Part shown: in pieces, positions 40,034 to 54,659 of the stretch
Layout: each line of letters starts with the position of its first letter
Position numbering within the stretch: the first letter of the stretch is position 1
Assembly (NCBI RefSeq): GCF_009914755.1
Contig: NC_060926.1
Source: the human T2T-CHM13v2.0 reference genome, Homo sapiens
Strand: one strand, 5' to 3'
DNA length: 64,000 bases
Made by a program: the position numbers and the translations under genes
Notes under the pieces: generated by a model
What the model saw: the letters and a program-made list of their open reading frames with translations, nothing else
Told to the model about the DNA's origin: nothing
The model's database searches: none

Positions 40034-41740
40034 TTTCCAGATATTTCCTTGCGAATGACCATCTTATTCCATTACATCAAGCATCTAGGCTTAGCCATGC
40101 TTTATAATGATAAAACGGAGCTCTTCTACCAACTCCAAACAGAGGAATGACAGAAGATTTAGCATGTTTTTCTTAATGTTGATTGAGTTTTCCTACTTAT
40201 TGCTGTAGCAACTATGAACATCTTCAGGTTGGGAATCAGACCTTACCAATAAACATTTGAAGCGCCAATATAGTTCGTGGCTGAAAATGTCTTTTAGATG
40301 TAATTTATCTAGTTCCTTAGGTATCTGAGATACTGTTAAAATGCAATTTAGCGTGGTAGTAAGAATACGGCTTTAATGGCTAACGTAGTTGAGACCCCAC
40401 CTCTGCTCAAACTAGCTGGGCAATTTTGGTCAATCTACTTCTCTGTGTTTCGGATTCTTGATCTGCAAAATAAGATAATAGTAATGAATAGACTAATTTT
40501 CAGGATTAAATGAGTGGATGCAATGTTAAGTCCTTTACATGACACACATGATTTGCTATGCTTTTAATTATGATTCTCTTCAGGTTTACCATCTCTTGCT
40601 CACCTGCTTCCCACCCAGTTTCTCTGTCTCTCTCACATCTTCCTCCAGTGAGAGCATTCGTTCCAGGGAGCTTGGAAGCCAGCTGTCAGTTCTCTGCCAT
40701 AATCTTTTCACAATGGCATTTGACCCATTGGGGTTTCAGATCTCCATATGTATATTCCAAAACATTATTGCTCAATGAGCCTCCACTGAGGCCTGTTCTT
40801 CTAACCCTACTGACCATGATTTTTTAGCTGTATTCGTGGGGTTTTTTTGTTGTTGTTTTTTTGTTTGTTTGTTTTAGTAGAGGGGGAGGGGAGAGGGAAG
40901 GGAAGAGGGAGTCTGGTTCATGTTATTAAAAAAAAAATTAAATTTTGCTCCCAGGGTCTAAGTTAGATCTTTGGGTTGGCTCAGCCTTCCTCTTCCAGAA
41001 GCCTACTCTGGCTAATGTCCTCTAAAGTGTTTTTCCTGTTGTTTATTCCAGAAATAGTTCAGGATGACGATATTGACATTTGGGCTAAGGCATATACGAG
41101 GCTCTTCAATTAGACACAGGCTCAGCCTCTCATTTGCTCAGTGGCTCATATTCTCCACTGATCCAGGAGGGGGATATTTGGGTTCACACCACAGTCTGCC
41201 CTCAGTGGGGTTATTTGTGGGTCTCCGCACCATCCTAGATTTATTTCTCTGCTACTGGGATGGATTGTGGTTGTGCTTGTGGGCTGCCATGCTTGCAAGC
41301 CTGTGCTGTTTCTGGAGTTGCCATTTTTACCTACTGAGGGGAGGACATTTAATTTGAGTAAATATGTTAGAAAACTTGTTTCACAACCTGGTCAACACAC
41401 CCATTAACCATGGCTGGAAGTTTCCTGAAGGCAGGGCCTGTTTGCCTCTCTGAATACACGCAGTGTTTAGACACAGAACTGAACACAATGTCTGGCTCTC
41501 ATGGTAGGTGCCTAGGGGATGTTAACTAAATTGAACTGAACTAGGCCTCAAAGGATGAGTAGGATTTTAGCTGGTAGAGCTGGAGAGCTAGGGGCATTCC
41601 AGGGAGAGGATCCACACAAAAGAGGAGACGAGTGGAAAGCAGGAATTGTGAAGGGTGAACAGCAATTAGACCGTAATCTGGTTACACTGGAGGGTACTTG
41701 GAGGACAGACAGATGGCAGAGCACCGTGAATACCTTAGGA

Positions 41741-41886
41741 TAGTGTTGTCTACCTTGGCTTCAGCTTAGGATCACCTGGACTCCTTTAAAAACATACTAC
41801 CTCCTGGCTCACCCCAGTTCAACTGAAATTGAATCTTCATGGTGGGGCCTGGGGGAGCACTCTGGGGAAGGGTTGAGAGCCACTGT
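41741..41886. mobile_element. MER5-like hAT MITE
   Basis: ggatcacctgg...ggtggggcctggg...gggttgagagccactg. Confidence 0.6.
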
Positions 41887-44800
41887 CTAGGACTTCCAGG
41901 GACACTTAACAGGATGTAGGGAGAGCCCCACACCAGAAGACCTCTTGTACTGTAGATTGCTAACAATCTTGAGAAAATGGCAAAATCTGCCTTTAAGTCT
42001 TCTGAGCTAGAGTTTAGAATTTTAGAGTAAAACTAGAAAGAATTGGGTAATGATGGAAAGAGATCTGTTTATGACACAGAGTTAACAGACAGGACTAGTA
42101 ACAATCTGAGCAGGCAGTGCTAAAGACTTACTAAGATTTCATCTCCCTCCCTTTCCCTTAATTCTAACTAACCTTTGTACTCTGAAAATCGCTGATTTCC
42201 AAAAAGCTGGCAAACTGACGAATCTCAGTTTTAAATGTAGTTCGGACTTTACCCTCTATCTAGGTCACAGCTAAAGCTGCCATATGTACCAGGAATGAGA
42301 ACTTTGTAAGTTAATCAGGGCACGGTTTATATTTCCAGCATTCAAAATAAATCATTCCGTTTGCCTGTCATATTCTGACTTTTTGAAAATCATTTCTATC
42401 TGTGAGTAGGTGGCACGAGGTATTCATTTCATAAGTAGGTTTGGATTCGGCAGGTCTTCAAGTTCACAGCAGGGATGCAGTCTCCAGTTTTTCTCATATT
42501 TGTACCAGTTGTTAAGCCATAGGTTTTAAACTAACAAATGATTACCCTTGATCTTAAGAGTACTGGGTATACCCAAGTCCAAAATCAGAATTTTAAAGCA
42601 ATATTAAAACAAAACAAAATCCCTTTTCATGTAATGATTGGCTCATTGGTTTTTCCTTCCATAAGTCAATATCTGATGCTTTGATTTTCTTAAGTCATGT
42701 ATATTTATAGAGCCACATACACCTGTTAGACACACATTGAGTTTTCAAGAGAGAAAAACACACTTGCATATGTTTCCCTGCCCTAACTCAGTTCACATCC
42801 AGACTGGCTTCTAGAAGAAAGGAAATTTATAGTGTGGAAAGTTGCAGCATTTGCAGGAACTATGGGAATCTCAGCACATAGTCTTAGATAAATTTTACAA
42901 GTATTGGCCCAAGTAACCCACAAGGCAGTGATCTGGATCTGTTTACCAAGTTAACTGCCAAGTCACAAATAATAGCTTTTTCCCTTAACTTGGAATGAAC
43001 AACATAGTACTGAAGTGTTTCCTTGTGAATACCTCTCCATATGCGTCATGACAAAATACTGTATAGATCAGTTTACATTAGATTGTTTAATTAAATTTAA
43101 AATTCTTTAAGCTGGAGGAATTTGCCCTAAAACTGTTCTGCACGGCCAACAATTTGATGTTGAAAAAACCAGCCTCCATGTTAACATGTCGGCTTGAATA
43201 CTCTTATTTTCCACACTGGAAACTTACCATGAGCAATTCTTTTCAGAGGTTAGCTTTTAGTTATCAAAATGGGTGATGTCTATATCAAAGATTGTAATAT
43301 AATTTGAGGTGGCAGTCCCCCTTCCAGGAATCCCATTTTATGGTTTGATTGTGTTTCTCAATATATGATCTGTAGCTGAACTCCAAATACTGACTACTGG
43401 GATTACCAGCCAAGTTAATATTAACATTATTGAAAAGAGTCGGTTAATGTGAAAAGGAAAAGTCAAAGGTGTTAAATTAGCAGTTTGTTAGGGAGCAGTA
43501 CTTGCTGGTCTTTGGAGTGTGTGAATTTCATCAATTCTTCTGGCTGAGACAGGGAGTAACATCCACAGCTGACACACAGTCTGTCTGGGTGAGTTCTCCC
43601 CTCCTGTTCACTCTTTCCCCCAGCGTCCTAGTCTCAGAATGTTGCCACTTTTTATTCTTGTTGAACAGGTGAGGAAAGTAGTTTCTCCTGTTTGCTTATT
43701 GCCTGGGTCAGTTGGAGTTTTTCACAAGGAGCATTGGTAAGAAAAGAAAACAAACAAAAGTAAACAGGAGAGGTTAGAGTCCAAGATTCTGTTCCGAATT
43801 TCAATCAGGACTAGCCACAGGGTAAATTGGCCAGCAGGGCTTAAGAGGTACTTGCGCCAGCCTGCAGTTCTCTCTCTTTGCCTCTGGAAAAGCATGGCCG
43901 AGACCTGCTTTTAAAGCCCATCAGATAAACCCCTCTTGGTCCTTCTACTTAATTTCAACTAATGGCATGAGCCCTGAGTGGTATTCTCTTAAGTAACTAA
44001 TGGGAGAAGAAATGTCTCCCTGGAGGCTTCTTCCATGTTACAAAACACCAGAGGCGAAGGGTGGGTGCACACTCTCAAAAGCTCAGCTAGAGACCCCCAC
44101 CTAGTTCTTCCTGGCTAATCAGGAATGGTAACTCCAGCCTGACTGTGGGCTTCTTCCCGGCATCCTTGTTCACAGGCACCTCCCTGGTCAGGGTTTTGAT
44201 TGCCACGCAATGTTCTTGTTTGGTGTAGCATTTTTACTAGAAGAAGAAAGTTTCAGAAACCACATTGGCCTCTGTGTAGCTCCCGTCTTTCTAAACCCTT
44301 CTAGAATTGTGGTAGTTTCCTGAGGGACCCTCTTTGTTTTGTTTTGTAACTTCATTCTACACTCACAAGGCAACTTCCCATCCAAATTAAACATTTGAAG
44401 TGGGAAAACTTTGTAGGGCCTTCAGAAAAACAGTTTTTTTTTTTTTCAAGGTGTTCTGTAAATATGGGATTATTACCGATCCTTGTGCCAAAGTCATGTT
44501 AAATAAAACAGTTTCAGATATGTACTTCTGACCCAAAGCCCTCTTTCATCACAATTAGGTCCTTAATCTGTTCTAGGAGTATTGCCATAATATTATCACT
44601 CTAATTACAGCCCCTAAAAATGTGAAATATGTTATATAACTCAGAGCTCGTTTGGACTTCTTACAGTCATGCTTATATGGCAAGACAAACAACTTTCATT
44701 CCAGCAGTGAAGGGGAAGAGTCACACATACAGTAACTATTTCAATTTTTTTTAAGTAACATTTGAAATACCCATTGATATCTTTTTAATATATTATGTTA

Positions 44801-46927
44801 CAAATGTTTTAACTTACAAGAGCAGTATTATAGTATACCCCTAGAGATAAGGCCATTGTTGCCTATAAGGTATTATGGTAAGTAATAGAAACATCCACCA
44901 AGCTTCTTCATTAGCAGCAAAAATGAGTTCTTGGTTGTGTGTTTGGGCAGTGGGGATGTGGTAGAGGTGGAAGGGGAGATGGAGCAGGGTTTTAGGCAAC
45001 TGAGATGATGTATCAGAGAAAGTAAGGTGAAAAGGGGGTTTCTGTTACTTCTGATTTTTCCCCTAGATTTCCCTTATGGAACTCCAGATGCAAGGAATCA
45101 GAAAGGAGTTTCTCTTCATCCATGAATCATTATAATGTATCAATTTGTTCTGAAAACATGAGTGTTTCTGTGATTGAAATAGTGGCTGATTGTTTAGGAG
45201 TCTCCTATTTATTTTTGTGGCAACCATCTCAAAGCGGATGCCGAATTCTGAATGGGGAAGATCTTTCTGCATAGGAGAGTCATGAGTATCTGGCCCACTG
45301 GCTGGGGTGTCCTGAGCATAGCAATAATGAGTGACATCATGCTCTCTGTCCTTGTTAGGATTTCATGCCAACCACCTTGGATGGGAGGCCAAGATACATT
45401 TCTAATCCTGGTCACCAACTATGCAAATTCAATTCAATTCTGTATTGTAAAAGTACGCACTGGGGACTGTGTTCAAACCCTGGTTTAGAGAACTAAGAAG
45501 ATTACAAGAGAAGAGTAACTTGGTGCTTAGTGGGTACAGAATGTTTGTTGAATGAATGAATGAATGAAAAAGTCTGGGCTTGGCCCTTACATTCTTATTT
45601 AGTAAGGAAGATCTAGCTATGTGAAATAATTAAAGAGTGCCTTAAGTCCCAGTGATCTGTTAGAGAAAGGAGATACCAATATTGGCTTAGGGTAATCAGG
45701 GCAGGAATTAGTGAGAAGACTAGCAAAGGCCTTATGCTGAGCTCATCTGGTGCTTTGGGGGCTTTGATTCAAGTATGAGCACTTAATTTTTGGCTGGGGA
45801 CATTCATGTAATAAATACGCTTGTATTTAACTGTGATGTGGTCCCATTTTTGCACTGTGCTCAGATTTCTCTCTTCACCATCTTGCTCTTGAGTTGAGAG
45901 AGTTGCTAACTTAGCATGCTGTTATTAAATTTAGGATTTATGTCTTTTAGCATTTTAAATGCAAAGTCCTGTAGAAACCTGGAATGCTCAATAGCTCCTA
46001 ATAACAGTAGGAATGCTGTGAGGTCACCACACACGAAGCTTTAATTTATGCTAATTTAATTAAAGGTAGTTGGCAAATAAATAAATTAGGGAAAGTGCAC
46101 TGAGTTCCTCTTAGCTCTGGATGAGCCCAGTATTGGAGCTGTGGATCCACTCTGTGCCCAGGGGCCCTCAGCTCCGCTCTGCCTCTCCAAGCAGGAGAAT
46201 CTGTCACAGGGAAGGCTTCACTCCACGTGGTGTGTGATTCTAGTGTATGTTACATGTTTGTATCTTCTTATTCTATATACTTCGTTATGTATAGTATATG
46301 TTCTCATATTTTATTTTACAGAGCAGTATACATAAAACCATATATGCTATATTCTACAGGTGAGTTAAAGAGCATTTTTTAAGCTCCGGGTTGTGTTCAA
46401 TTAGTGGATCACAAAATTCATGTAGTGTGTCTCCATGGGCATTTTTACTTTAATGAAACAGAGTAGGGTAGACAACCTAGGGTATACCACATATAGCAAA
46501 AATAGGAATTCCATTGGGGAACATTTAATTTGAGTTACTTATGTGTATGTACACATATATAGTATTTACATACATACATACACCCTCATGTGTGAATAAG
46601 TTGGCCATGTATGTGTCTACATGTTTATTGACTGGGTCATCAGTACTGCATGTTGTGGTTAAAAATAAAACACTGATTTAAGGGCTGTTAAAGCAATTTT
46701 GACCGTCCTCTTTGACATATACAGAATTTTGCCTGACTTATTTATCCCTCAGTCCTACCTAAGACAGGCTAGCGCCAGGTTCATGGGTTGGTGGAGATGT
46801 TTAGGCTAGTAATATTGCAGGAGCTTCTCAGGCTCCAGTCAGTAGGATCTGCATGTTGTTTTGTTTCTTCTCTCTCCTCCCTCTGGTATCAAGGGATATC
46901 CACTGTGCTATGGAAAATGAAGCATAT

Positions 46928-47236
46928 GGCTGGGCATGGTCACTCTCGCCTGTAATCCCAGCACTTTGGGAGGCTGAAGCGGGATGATCACTTGGGGTCA
47001 GGAGTTCGCAACCAGCCTGGCCAACATGGTGAAGCCCTGTCTTCACTAAAAATACAGAAATTAGCTGGGCATGGTGGCACATGCCTGTAATCCCAGCTGC
47101 TTGGGAGGCTGAGGCACAAGAATCATTTCAGCCTGGGAGGCAGTTGTTGTTGCAGTGAGCCGAGATCATACCACTGCACTCCAGCCCAGAGCAGAACTCT
47201 GTCTCAAATAAAAAAAAAAGAAGAAGAAAGAAAATG
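46928..47236 (+). mobile_element. AluS full length
   Basis: Dimer with A-rich tail; degenerate TSD gaaaatgaagcatat / gaaattgaagcatgt. Confidence 0.93.
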
Positions 47237-47718
47237 AAATTGAAGCATGTTAGGCTGTAGGTCTTAACTTACAGTGTGGGGCCCTGGTAGAGGGAACTGA
47301 GTCAGCAGGTGAGAGATCAAAACAGCATCTCCTGGGGGACAAAGACAATGGCTGGAAGGAGGCCTGAGTCACAGACATCCTCAGCTGTCATGGGAAGATG
47401 GTATCTGATGGTAAATGAAATAACTCCCTTTCTTCCAGAGAGGCCAGTGCCCCTGCTTACCCAGTGGGATGGCTGGGATTCATTTCTGGTGGCAGTACTG
47501 GATGAGAACCATAAGAGCAGACCTGTTTCCTAACAGATCAGCTGCCATCCTTTGTTCAGAGTAAATCAGCTGCTCCAAGTTGGCTGAGCAGCCAGCCTCC
47601 TGTCTCCACCAGACTCAGCATGCTCTAGCCGTTGGATATAGGCTCTGGGGCCTGCCCTACCTCTAGGGCTAGAGATCATTTCCCCCAACAATATGCAGTG
47701 ACACCTAGCTCCACATGA

Positions 47719-47860
47719 CAGTGTTTCTCAATGGCCCTCAGAACCATTGCTTCTCAACAAAATCACCTCCTGAAGTTGAATCTCTGGGCTGAGGCCCAGG
47801 TGATTTTAATAAACCTTGTAGGGGCTGCTTCTGCATGTTCAAGTTTGAGAGTCTCCACTT
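47719..47860. mobile_element. MER5-like hAT MITE
   Basis: cagtgtttctcaa...gaatctctggg...caagtttgaga. Confidence 0.55.
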
Positions 47861-50800
47861 TGGGGTTTCCTCGATGTACACGTCACATTGAAAAATGGAA
47901 AAATTTAAGCATGTGGCATTTTTCTAATTAAGACACGTTAAGATGGCTTAATTTTGGGTTCTTCCTGGTAAGAGTTTACATAGCTGGTTGAAACTTTAAA
48001 AGTCAGTGGGGGAGGCGGAGTGTCAACTGTGTAGCTACAGCAGCAACATGATAGCGCTGCCCTTAGGGTCTACACATGGGCAAGACCCCTTCAGGAATCC
48101 TCTTGAAAATACCATCTTATAAGCAAGAACTTAGAGCACTTTAATAGCCAGGGTTCCCTTGGATGGGATTCAAGACGGACTTCACATTCTCTGTTTATTT
48201 CCAGTGTAGTCATTGAGTGATCATTGGTAGGACAGCCCTATTTCCACTTTCATCTACCAGTTCACAGGCAGCTCTTAAAATCTCATCATGCACAGGAGGA
48301 CACTGGGCTTTCCTCAACTTAGTGGGGAAGGCCATGATCAGCCTGCTCTCTGTCCCTTCTCCTGAAGTGAATTCTTTTTAGGTCAGGAGAGGTGTATCTG
48401 ATATTCGAGAAATGATTGAGGCAGGAATCCAATGGCATCTTGTTCCTGGAGACCCAGCCTTCCTGGCCATTTTTATCCCTACTTAGAGAAGTTTTGAGGC
48501 ACAGGATTAAGAGCAGGCTGGGCCAGGTGAGTCAAAGGCTTTCATTGAACTGCCCTCCTTGTCTGATACCTCCTTGCTAAACTCATTAGAAAAAGAGTAC
48601 AGGAAATCTCATCTCCAGTTGGCCAAGGGAACCCGAGGAACTTGAATGGACAAGATCCCATTAAGGGCTGATAAACACAACTGATGCCTGGTGATGAAAG
48701 TCTTCTTTTATACAGCAATGAAGACAGGTGGCTGGAACAAGAGACAGAAAAAACACATCGTGGAAGACATTGTTCTGGGAGGTGATTGTACCCTCTGCCC
48801 TCCCAGCAGGCTGTGAGCTCGCAGTGCTGTGTGGTCAGTGGAAGGAGGCCTTTACTTGGCACATCCTGTGTAACTTGAGGAGTTGGAGATCACGGTAAAA
48901 CTCAAACCTATTAGTTACATGTTAGGTATTGAATGTTTGAAAAGCTGCATTTCAAAACACTGAATTTGATCAGGACACACTCTGGACAATGTCATTTGTT
49001 GAAAGCTTCAAATCAAAGTGGTTCCCATTTCCCCTCCCCTTATTTACTTAACTCATTTATTTTTTAGTAAGAATGCTACATAACTCAAAAGTGAATACTT
49101 GGAAAAAAGATTTTTTCAATAGGGAGGATATCTTGGCTTAAAATAAATACCATCAAAGCATTTCCACTGCTTACTAACCTTTGACTTGCATACAGGAAGT
49201 TTTCTGTCAAGTACCAGAAAATCCTGGAAAATTGAATTTGGTTTTAAAATGCAATTCTCCCTTGGCTTTAGAAGGACCAGCTGGGTAGCTCATTAAATGT
49301 AAAAAGTACTTTGAAAATTGGAAGACTAACTCACATATTAATTATCATCAATAGTTATCAAACCAGTGTATTTTAATTTAACTCACCTACTTCTAAACAG
49401 CGTGTCAAGGACTCCACAAATGAGCCTGCCTGCCACCCCTCCCACCCCCTGCCCCTTCCATAGTAAGGTTTAGTGACTTGCTTATGGGCACTTAGGGGAA
49501 AAGGAGAACTAAGTTCTGTTTTCTGTTCTTTCTCTGACTAGCCATAGGACCTTAGGGCAGGTACATGATCTCTTTGAGCCTTATTTTCCTTATCTGTGAC
49601 ATGGAGACAGTACTCCCTCCCAGCTTCATTCTCAGAACTGTCCTGAGGCTTCAGCTACAGCCTATTGAAAAGTCTCAAGGGTATTAACAAAATGGAAATG
49701 TCCTATCTTCATGTTCTTTTGTATTCCAGCCCCCATCAATTTCCCATGTCCAGAGATTCTTTACAGCCAACAGGGATCCATATGGGGTTCACTGGGCTCA
49801 ATGTCCCACCAGAGCCCCTCTGCCAGTGCCTCCTACCGAACAGATGACTTTCTAAGCAAGGTGCTCTGGTCTTGTCACCGAGGGGTGGACGTGCCCAGTG
49901 TCGGGGTCTGTCCAGTGGTCCTTGATTCCCCTTTGTCCACGCACTTGGCCTTTCTCCAGGGGGAGACGGATGATAGCTGGAAGTGATCTACTCTGCTTAT
50001 GGGTTCTGGCCAGTTCTCTCTCTGTTTAGGGGTGAACCAGTGTCTGACAGGTGAACTTTTCCTTAGGGTAGGAAATACATTGGCCTTTAAATGCAAAAGG
50101 ACACCAGGTCATTGAGCTCAGAACCTTCACCAGCTCTGGAAATATTGTTCCTCTTGCAGGACTCAACTCAGTGTGACTCTTGCCCTCCTCCTTTCTCCTT
50201 CCCAGACAGAATGCACTCTGCACTTTCCTATAGCTCTGTATGGGGCACCAGTCATGTGTTGTAATAGTTGGCCTGGAGTGTAGAGACTCGCCAGTAATGC
50301 CTCCATCTGACCTACACAGGAGGAACTCCAAAAAACTTTTATAAGCAATTTAGTTAGGCTCTTCTCTGTAGTCTAGAGTCCCAGGGCCTTCCTTGGAGTC
50401 CCGTGATGTCTCTTACCTTCATAGTCAGAATTGAAAGGCAGGAAGGAGATACAAGGTCTGTCTTTCCCCTTCTTGACTGAGCTTGGGGCAAGATTGTCCG
50501 GGCCCATTTTTCCTAGACGTTTCCTTAGCGCAACCCTCATCCTATTTGATGGTTTCCAGGGACCTCAGGGTTTCTGCTTAGAAGCTTCCCACCTGTCAGT
50601 ATTGCCGAGTGGGCTTACAGCCTGATAGAAGCCCCCACCTCACTGGATTAGTGCTGCCCTGGTTTCTTCCCAGTCCTGACAATGCACATAGCCCAGCTCT
50701 CTCTCATGCCCACAGATACTTTAAGCTTCTATTGACTTAAAGTGGCCTGAGATAGGGCAACAGGAGATGGGACAACCTATCCCAGTTGGTGCAAAGCCCT

Positions 50801-53058
50801 TTACACGCACATCTTGCAATTAACTGTGAGCCTAGACTGGAGTCCAGCCCTTGGGCAGCCAAGGTAGTTTCTGCCTGATTGTTCCTAAGCAGACTCTGGT
50901 CAAGGGGGAAGCAGCTGCAGGTGTAATACCCGCTGCAGGAAATACCTTCTAGTATCCTTGTAGCTGTGGGAAAATATTCTCACTTGAATTCATGAAGGTC
51001 ACCAGAGGGGCTTCCCTCTGCTTTCCACTCTGCATTCTCGTAAATCCCACCTCTTCTAGAAAGCCTGCCTCAGTTTCCCATCATGCGTTTCCTTCTGCCC
51101 AGTTCCTTGTGTTACACATCAGTTTAGCTCTTTCTGATACACCATTTTGTGTTCTGCAGTTGATTTCATGTAATTTACATTTTCCCATCTTGACTAAGAC
51201 CCTGAGGCAAACCCGAGGCAGGTCCTTCTGTCCATCAAATCCAACACAGTACTGGTCCTGGTGAGTCCTCTGAGAGGTACCCCCAGCATGGTCACCATGG
51301 CCAGTGTAGAAGGCTGGGGGTAAAAGCTGGGCCCACCGACTGATGGGGAAACCTAAAGTTCTTGCAGAATTGGAGGCTTGGCACTCCCTCCACTGGCTCC
51401 CATTGCCCGCCCTGCTGCCTGGTCCCCAGGGGTAGGGTGGCTTAGCTGGGCTCATGGCCTGTGATGCACATTCCCAGATCTCTGAAGTCATTTCCCTGAA
51501 ATCACATTTACCGTTCACAAGAAAAAGGCCAAAGCTGGACAAAGGCACTGCTGCCAAGACTCGAGCACTGGTAATTTCTTATGAGCCCTTTGTGATGGTA
51601 GAGTTTATGAAATGTAAGTAAACAGGCTTCCTTCTAATCCCTGAGCCGTGAGAAGCTGTCAGGGTTTATTTGCCGAGCCGTCCCTGCATGCCTGTGCATG
51701 GCACACCTAGGCTCCAGTGTTCCGCTCGTTAAAAGGTGTCTAATTTCTGTAATCACCTTGGAGTTTAATGGGTTTAAGCCATGTGGGTTGCAGTGGAGAG
51801 AAAACATTATTTCTAGTCTTTTGGCTTCCTTTCCTGCCTTCCACACCTCTTCTCTCTCCTTGTCCCTCCCTTGTGAGCTGAATGGATTATAAAATATTAG
51901 CTGTGACCTTGTGGGGTGGGAAGGAAGAAAGGTTTCTGTTTCCCGCTCTGTCCTGCCTTCCCAGCCAGCACTGGCCCCTTAATGAGGTTCTAAAGGTAAA
52001 GGTATCTGGGACAATTTCAGGACACTGCCACCTGTGGCCTGCAAAGAGCATGACTTGATGGACCTTTGATTTCTTTTTTCCCCCCCAGCCACGTCCTGGG
52101 AATAATTTAGGAGCGAGCCAACACATTTGGAGGCATCTTCTCTCATTTCCTTCATTCTTGTCAAAGTCTCACTCTTTTCTAGAAAAGAAATCATGGTCTT
52201 TCTCAGTGCCCACAATGGGCAGAAACATCTCTGAAGCCATCACCTGAGGAGTCTTAAAAGGCCCAGTTCTTTGTGGTCCTCCCTTCCTTTCACTTCACCT
52301 CACTGTCATCACTTCCTTTATCTCTCCCACTCCCTCACCCCCAAATGAGAGAGGGAAAGGAAGAAGAAAGACAATATGTGCATCGTGTCAGGTGAGAGGA
52401 ATTAGCTTCCTCCATGGATTCTGCTTTCATAGTCAAGCCACAAATAACTACTGAGATGACTTCAGTTCCTCCCGCAAGAGTAAGCTGATAACAAATCCTC
52501 TTTCCCACTGCAAGTCTCAAAACTCCTTCAACTTTCAGCTCATGTTATTTAATGTTGAAATCTGACCTTCCCAGAGCACCACAAGTGGTAGCCTGGGTAG
52601 TGGGCCCCTGGGCTGGTGGTTTCTGGTGGCAAGAAGCTGTCCACATGCCTCAGTGCACCATACACATGCTGTCACCTTCTCTCTGATCTGTGACTGTGAA
52701 GGTGGGGAGCTGTGGGTAGGGCAAATGTGATTTTCTCACTTAAACAGATGAGGAAACTGAGGTTCAAAGAAGTTATATGGCACATGGCACAGCTGATCTC
52801 CCTGGTGCAAGAGAGTGCCCTTGCCATTCTTCTCCCAAGCTGCTGATTTTAAGGTGGCTCTGCTCTCCTTTGGGGAACCTGGAAGACATTTCCTGAATCT
52901 AGCACCCGCTTAGAAGGCATGCTGCATCTCAGTTGTTCATGGGCCATTTCCTATTTTCTTTGGGGCTTTTCCACTTACAGGTATTGTTTTCTCTACTTTA
53001 TTCCCCCTGCTGTTTTTACCTTAGTGAAATAAAGTGAGAAACAAATCCTCAATGATGC

Positions 53059-53409
53059 TATATTAGTCTGTTCTCACACCGCTATAAAGAAGTACCTGAG
53101 ACTGGGTAATTTATAAAGAAAAGAGGTTTAATTGTCTCAAAGTTCCACGCGGCTGGGGACGCTTCAGGAAAGTTACAATCATGGCGGAAGGCACCTCTTC
53201 AGAGGGCAGCAGAGAGAGAAGAAGTGCACGAGAGCAGGGAAAACTGCCTTATGAAGCCATCAGATCTCGTGAGAAGTCACTATCACAAGAACAGCATGGG
53301 GAAAACCGCCCCCATGATCCAGTCCCCTCCCACCTGGTTCCTCCATCAACACCTGGGGATTACAATTCAAGATGAGATCTGGGTAGGGACACAAAGCCTA
53401 ACCATATCA
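53059..53409 (-). mobile_element. THE1 (THE1C/D-like) MaLR solo LTR
   Basis: tattagtctgttctcacaccgctataaag...gagactgggtaatttataaagaaaagagg...aaccatatca is the reverse complement of THE1. 5-bp TSD gatgc/ggtgc. Confidence 0.9.
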
Positions 53410-53559
53410 GGTGCTTTTCAGTGCATGGGAAGGGAGGAGAAAAGCCATATAATCTAAGATTGTGTCACTGTCAACACAGTCCCTTCTTCCTTCCAGTAGT
53501 TGAGTCTACCTAAGATTTGAACCACTTTCAAAAGGTAGTGTGTGCAGAGAACACCATCT

Positions 53560-54335
53560 GATATGTAGAAAATACTAGTCAATACACATGCAAAAGAAGC
53601 TACTAGAACTAATAAAAGAGTAGAGCAAGGCCACAGGAGACAAGATCAATATACAAAATCAATTACAGTTCTTTATACTAGCAATGAAGAATCCAAAGGC
53701 AAAATTAAGAAAACAGTTCCATTCGCAAAGGCATCAAAAAGACTTAATTGCTCAGGAATAAATTTGACAAAAGAAGCTGAAGACTTTTATACTAAAAAGT
53801 ACAAAACATTCCTGAGGGAAATTAAGGAAGATCAACATAAATGGAAAAAACATTCCATGTTTGTGGAGAAGACACAGTATTATTAAAATGGCAGTTCTCC
53901 CCAAATTGATCTCTACATTCAATGCAGTCCCTATTAAAATCCCAGCAGAGTTCTTGGCAAAAATTGACAAGCCGATCTTAAAATTCATATGAAATTGAAT
54001 AAGATATGCAAAGGGCTCAGAAGAGCCAATGCAACCTTGAAAAAGAACACAGTTGGAGGACTTAAATTCCTGGTTCTAAAACATACTGTAAAGCTACATA
54101 ATCACAGTAGTGTGGTACTGGAATAAGCACAGGACATATAGGTCAACAGAACAGAGTTGAGAGTTCAGAAATGAACACTTAACCTTTATCATCAATTGAT
54201 TTCCAAGAAGAGTACCAAGACCATTCAATGGGAAAAGGATGGTTTTCCATAAATGGTACTGAGACATTTAGTCTTTGCTCTCACACCATACACAAAAGTG
54301 AACTCAAAGTGGATTATAAACCTAAACGTAAGAGC
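53560..54335 (+). mobile_element. L1M ORF2 fragment (sense)
   Basis: ctactagaactaataaa...aagatcaatatacaaaatcaatt...cacaccatacacaaaagtgaactcaaagtggatt; degraded ORF2 3' half. Confidence 0.88.
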
Positions 54336-54659
54336 CGGTCACCCAACTGCCTGTGAACTTACGGATGAGAAAGCTGAAGGCCAAGGGAACCAGCAGCAGA
54401 AAGATGGGCAGGAAGATAAGATTATTGTATTGTCAAAGACTTCAGTAATTTCAAAGAAATAACTGAATGTGAGAGAGAAAACCACATAAACATGGGGAGA
54501 AGCCCCACTCTGGGGAGAAAGCTGTTTGGATTCCACTAGACATTTGCAGCCTAGGAAATTAGGACCTGGAAATTTAAACCTAGAAAAATCCCAGGAAAGT
54601 GACCTTATTATGTTATAAGGGAGCTTACTTTTTAATAAAAAAAAGTTACTCCCCCCCGA

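Noticed and set aside
51081-51557. 158-aa minus ORF (also 30651-31085, 33511-33954, 55818-56237)
   Set aside because: No recognisable domain and non-ATG starts; lengths are compatible with chance in 64 kb.
52023-52040. CTCF-like ggccacaggtggcagt (minus strand)
   Set aside because: One base short in the core spacing; better read as an E-box.
53310-53330. DUX4 site typical of THE1 LTRs
   Set aside because: The position reads GACTGGATCA on the minus strand instead of TAAYBBAATCA; the motif is degenerate.
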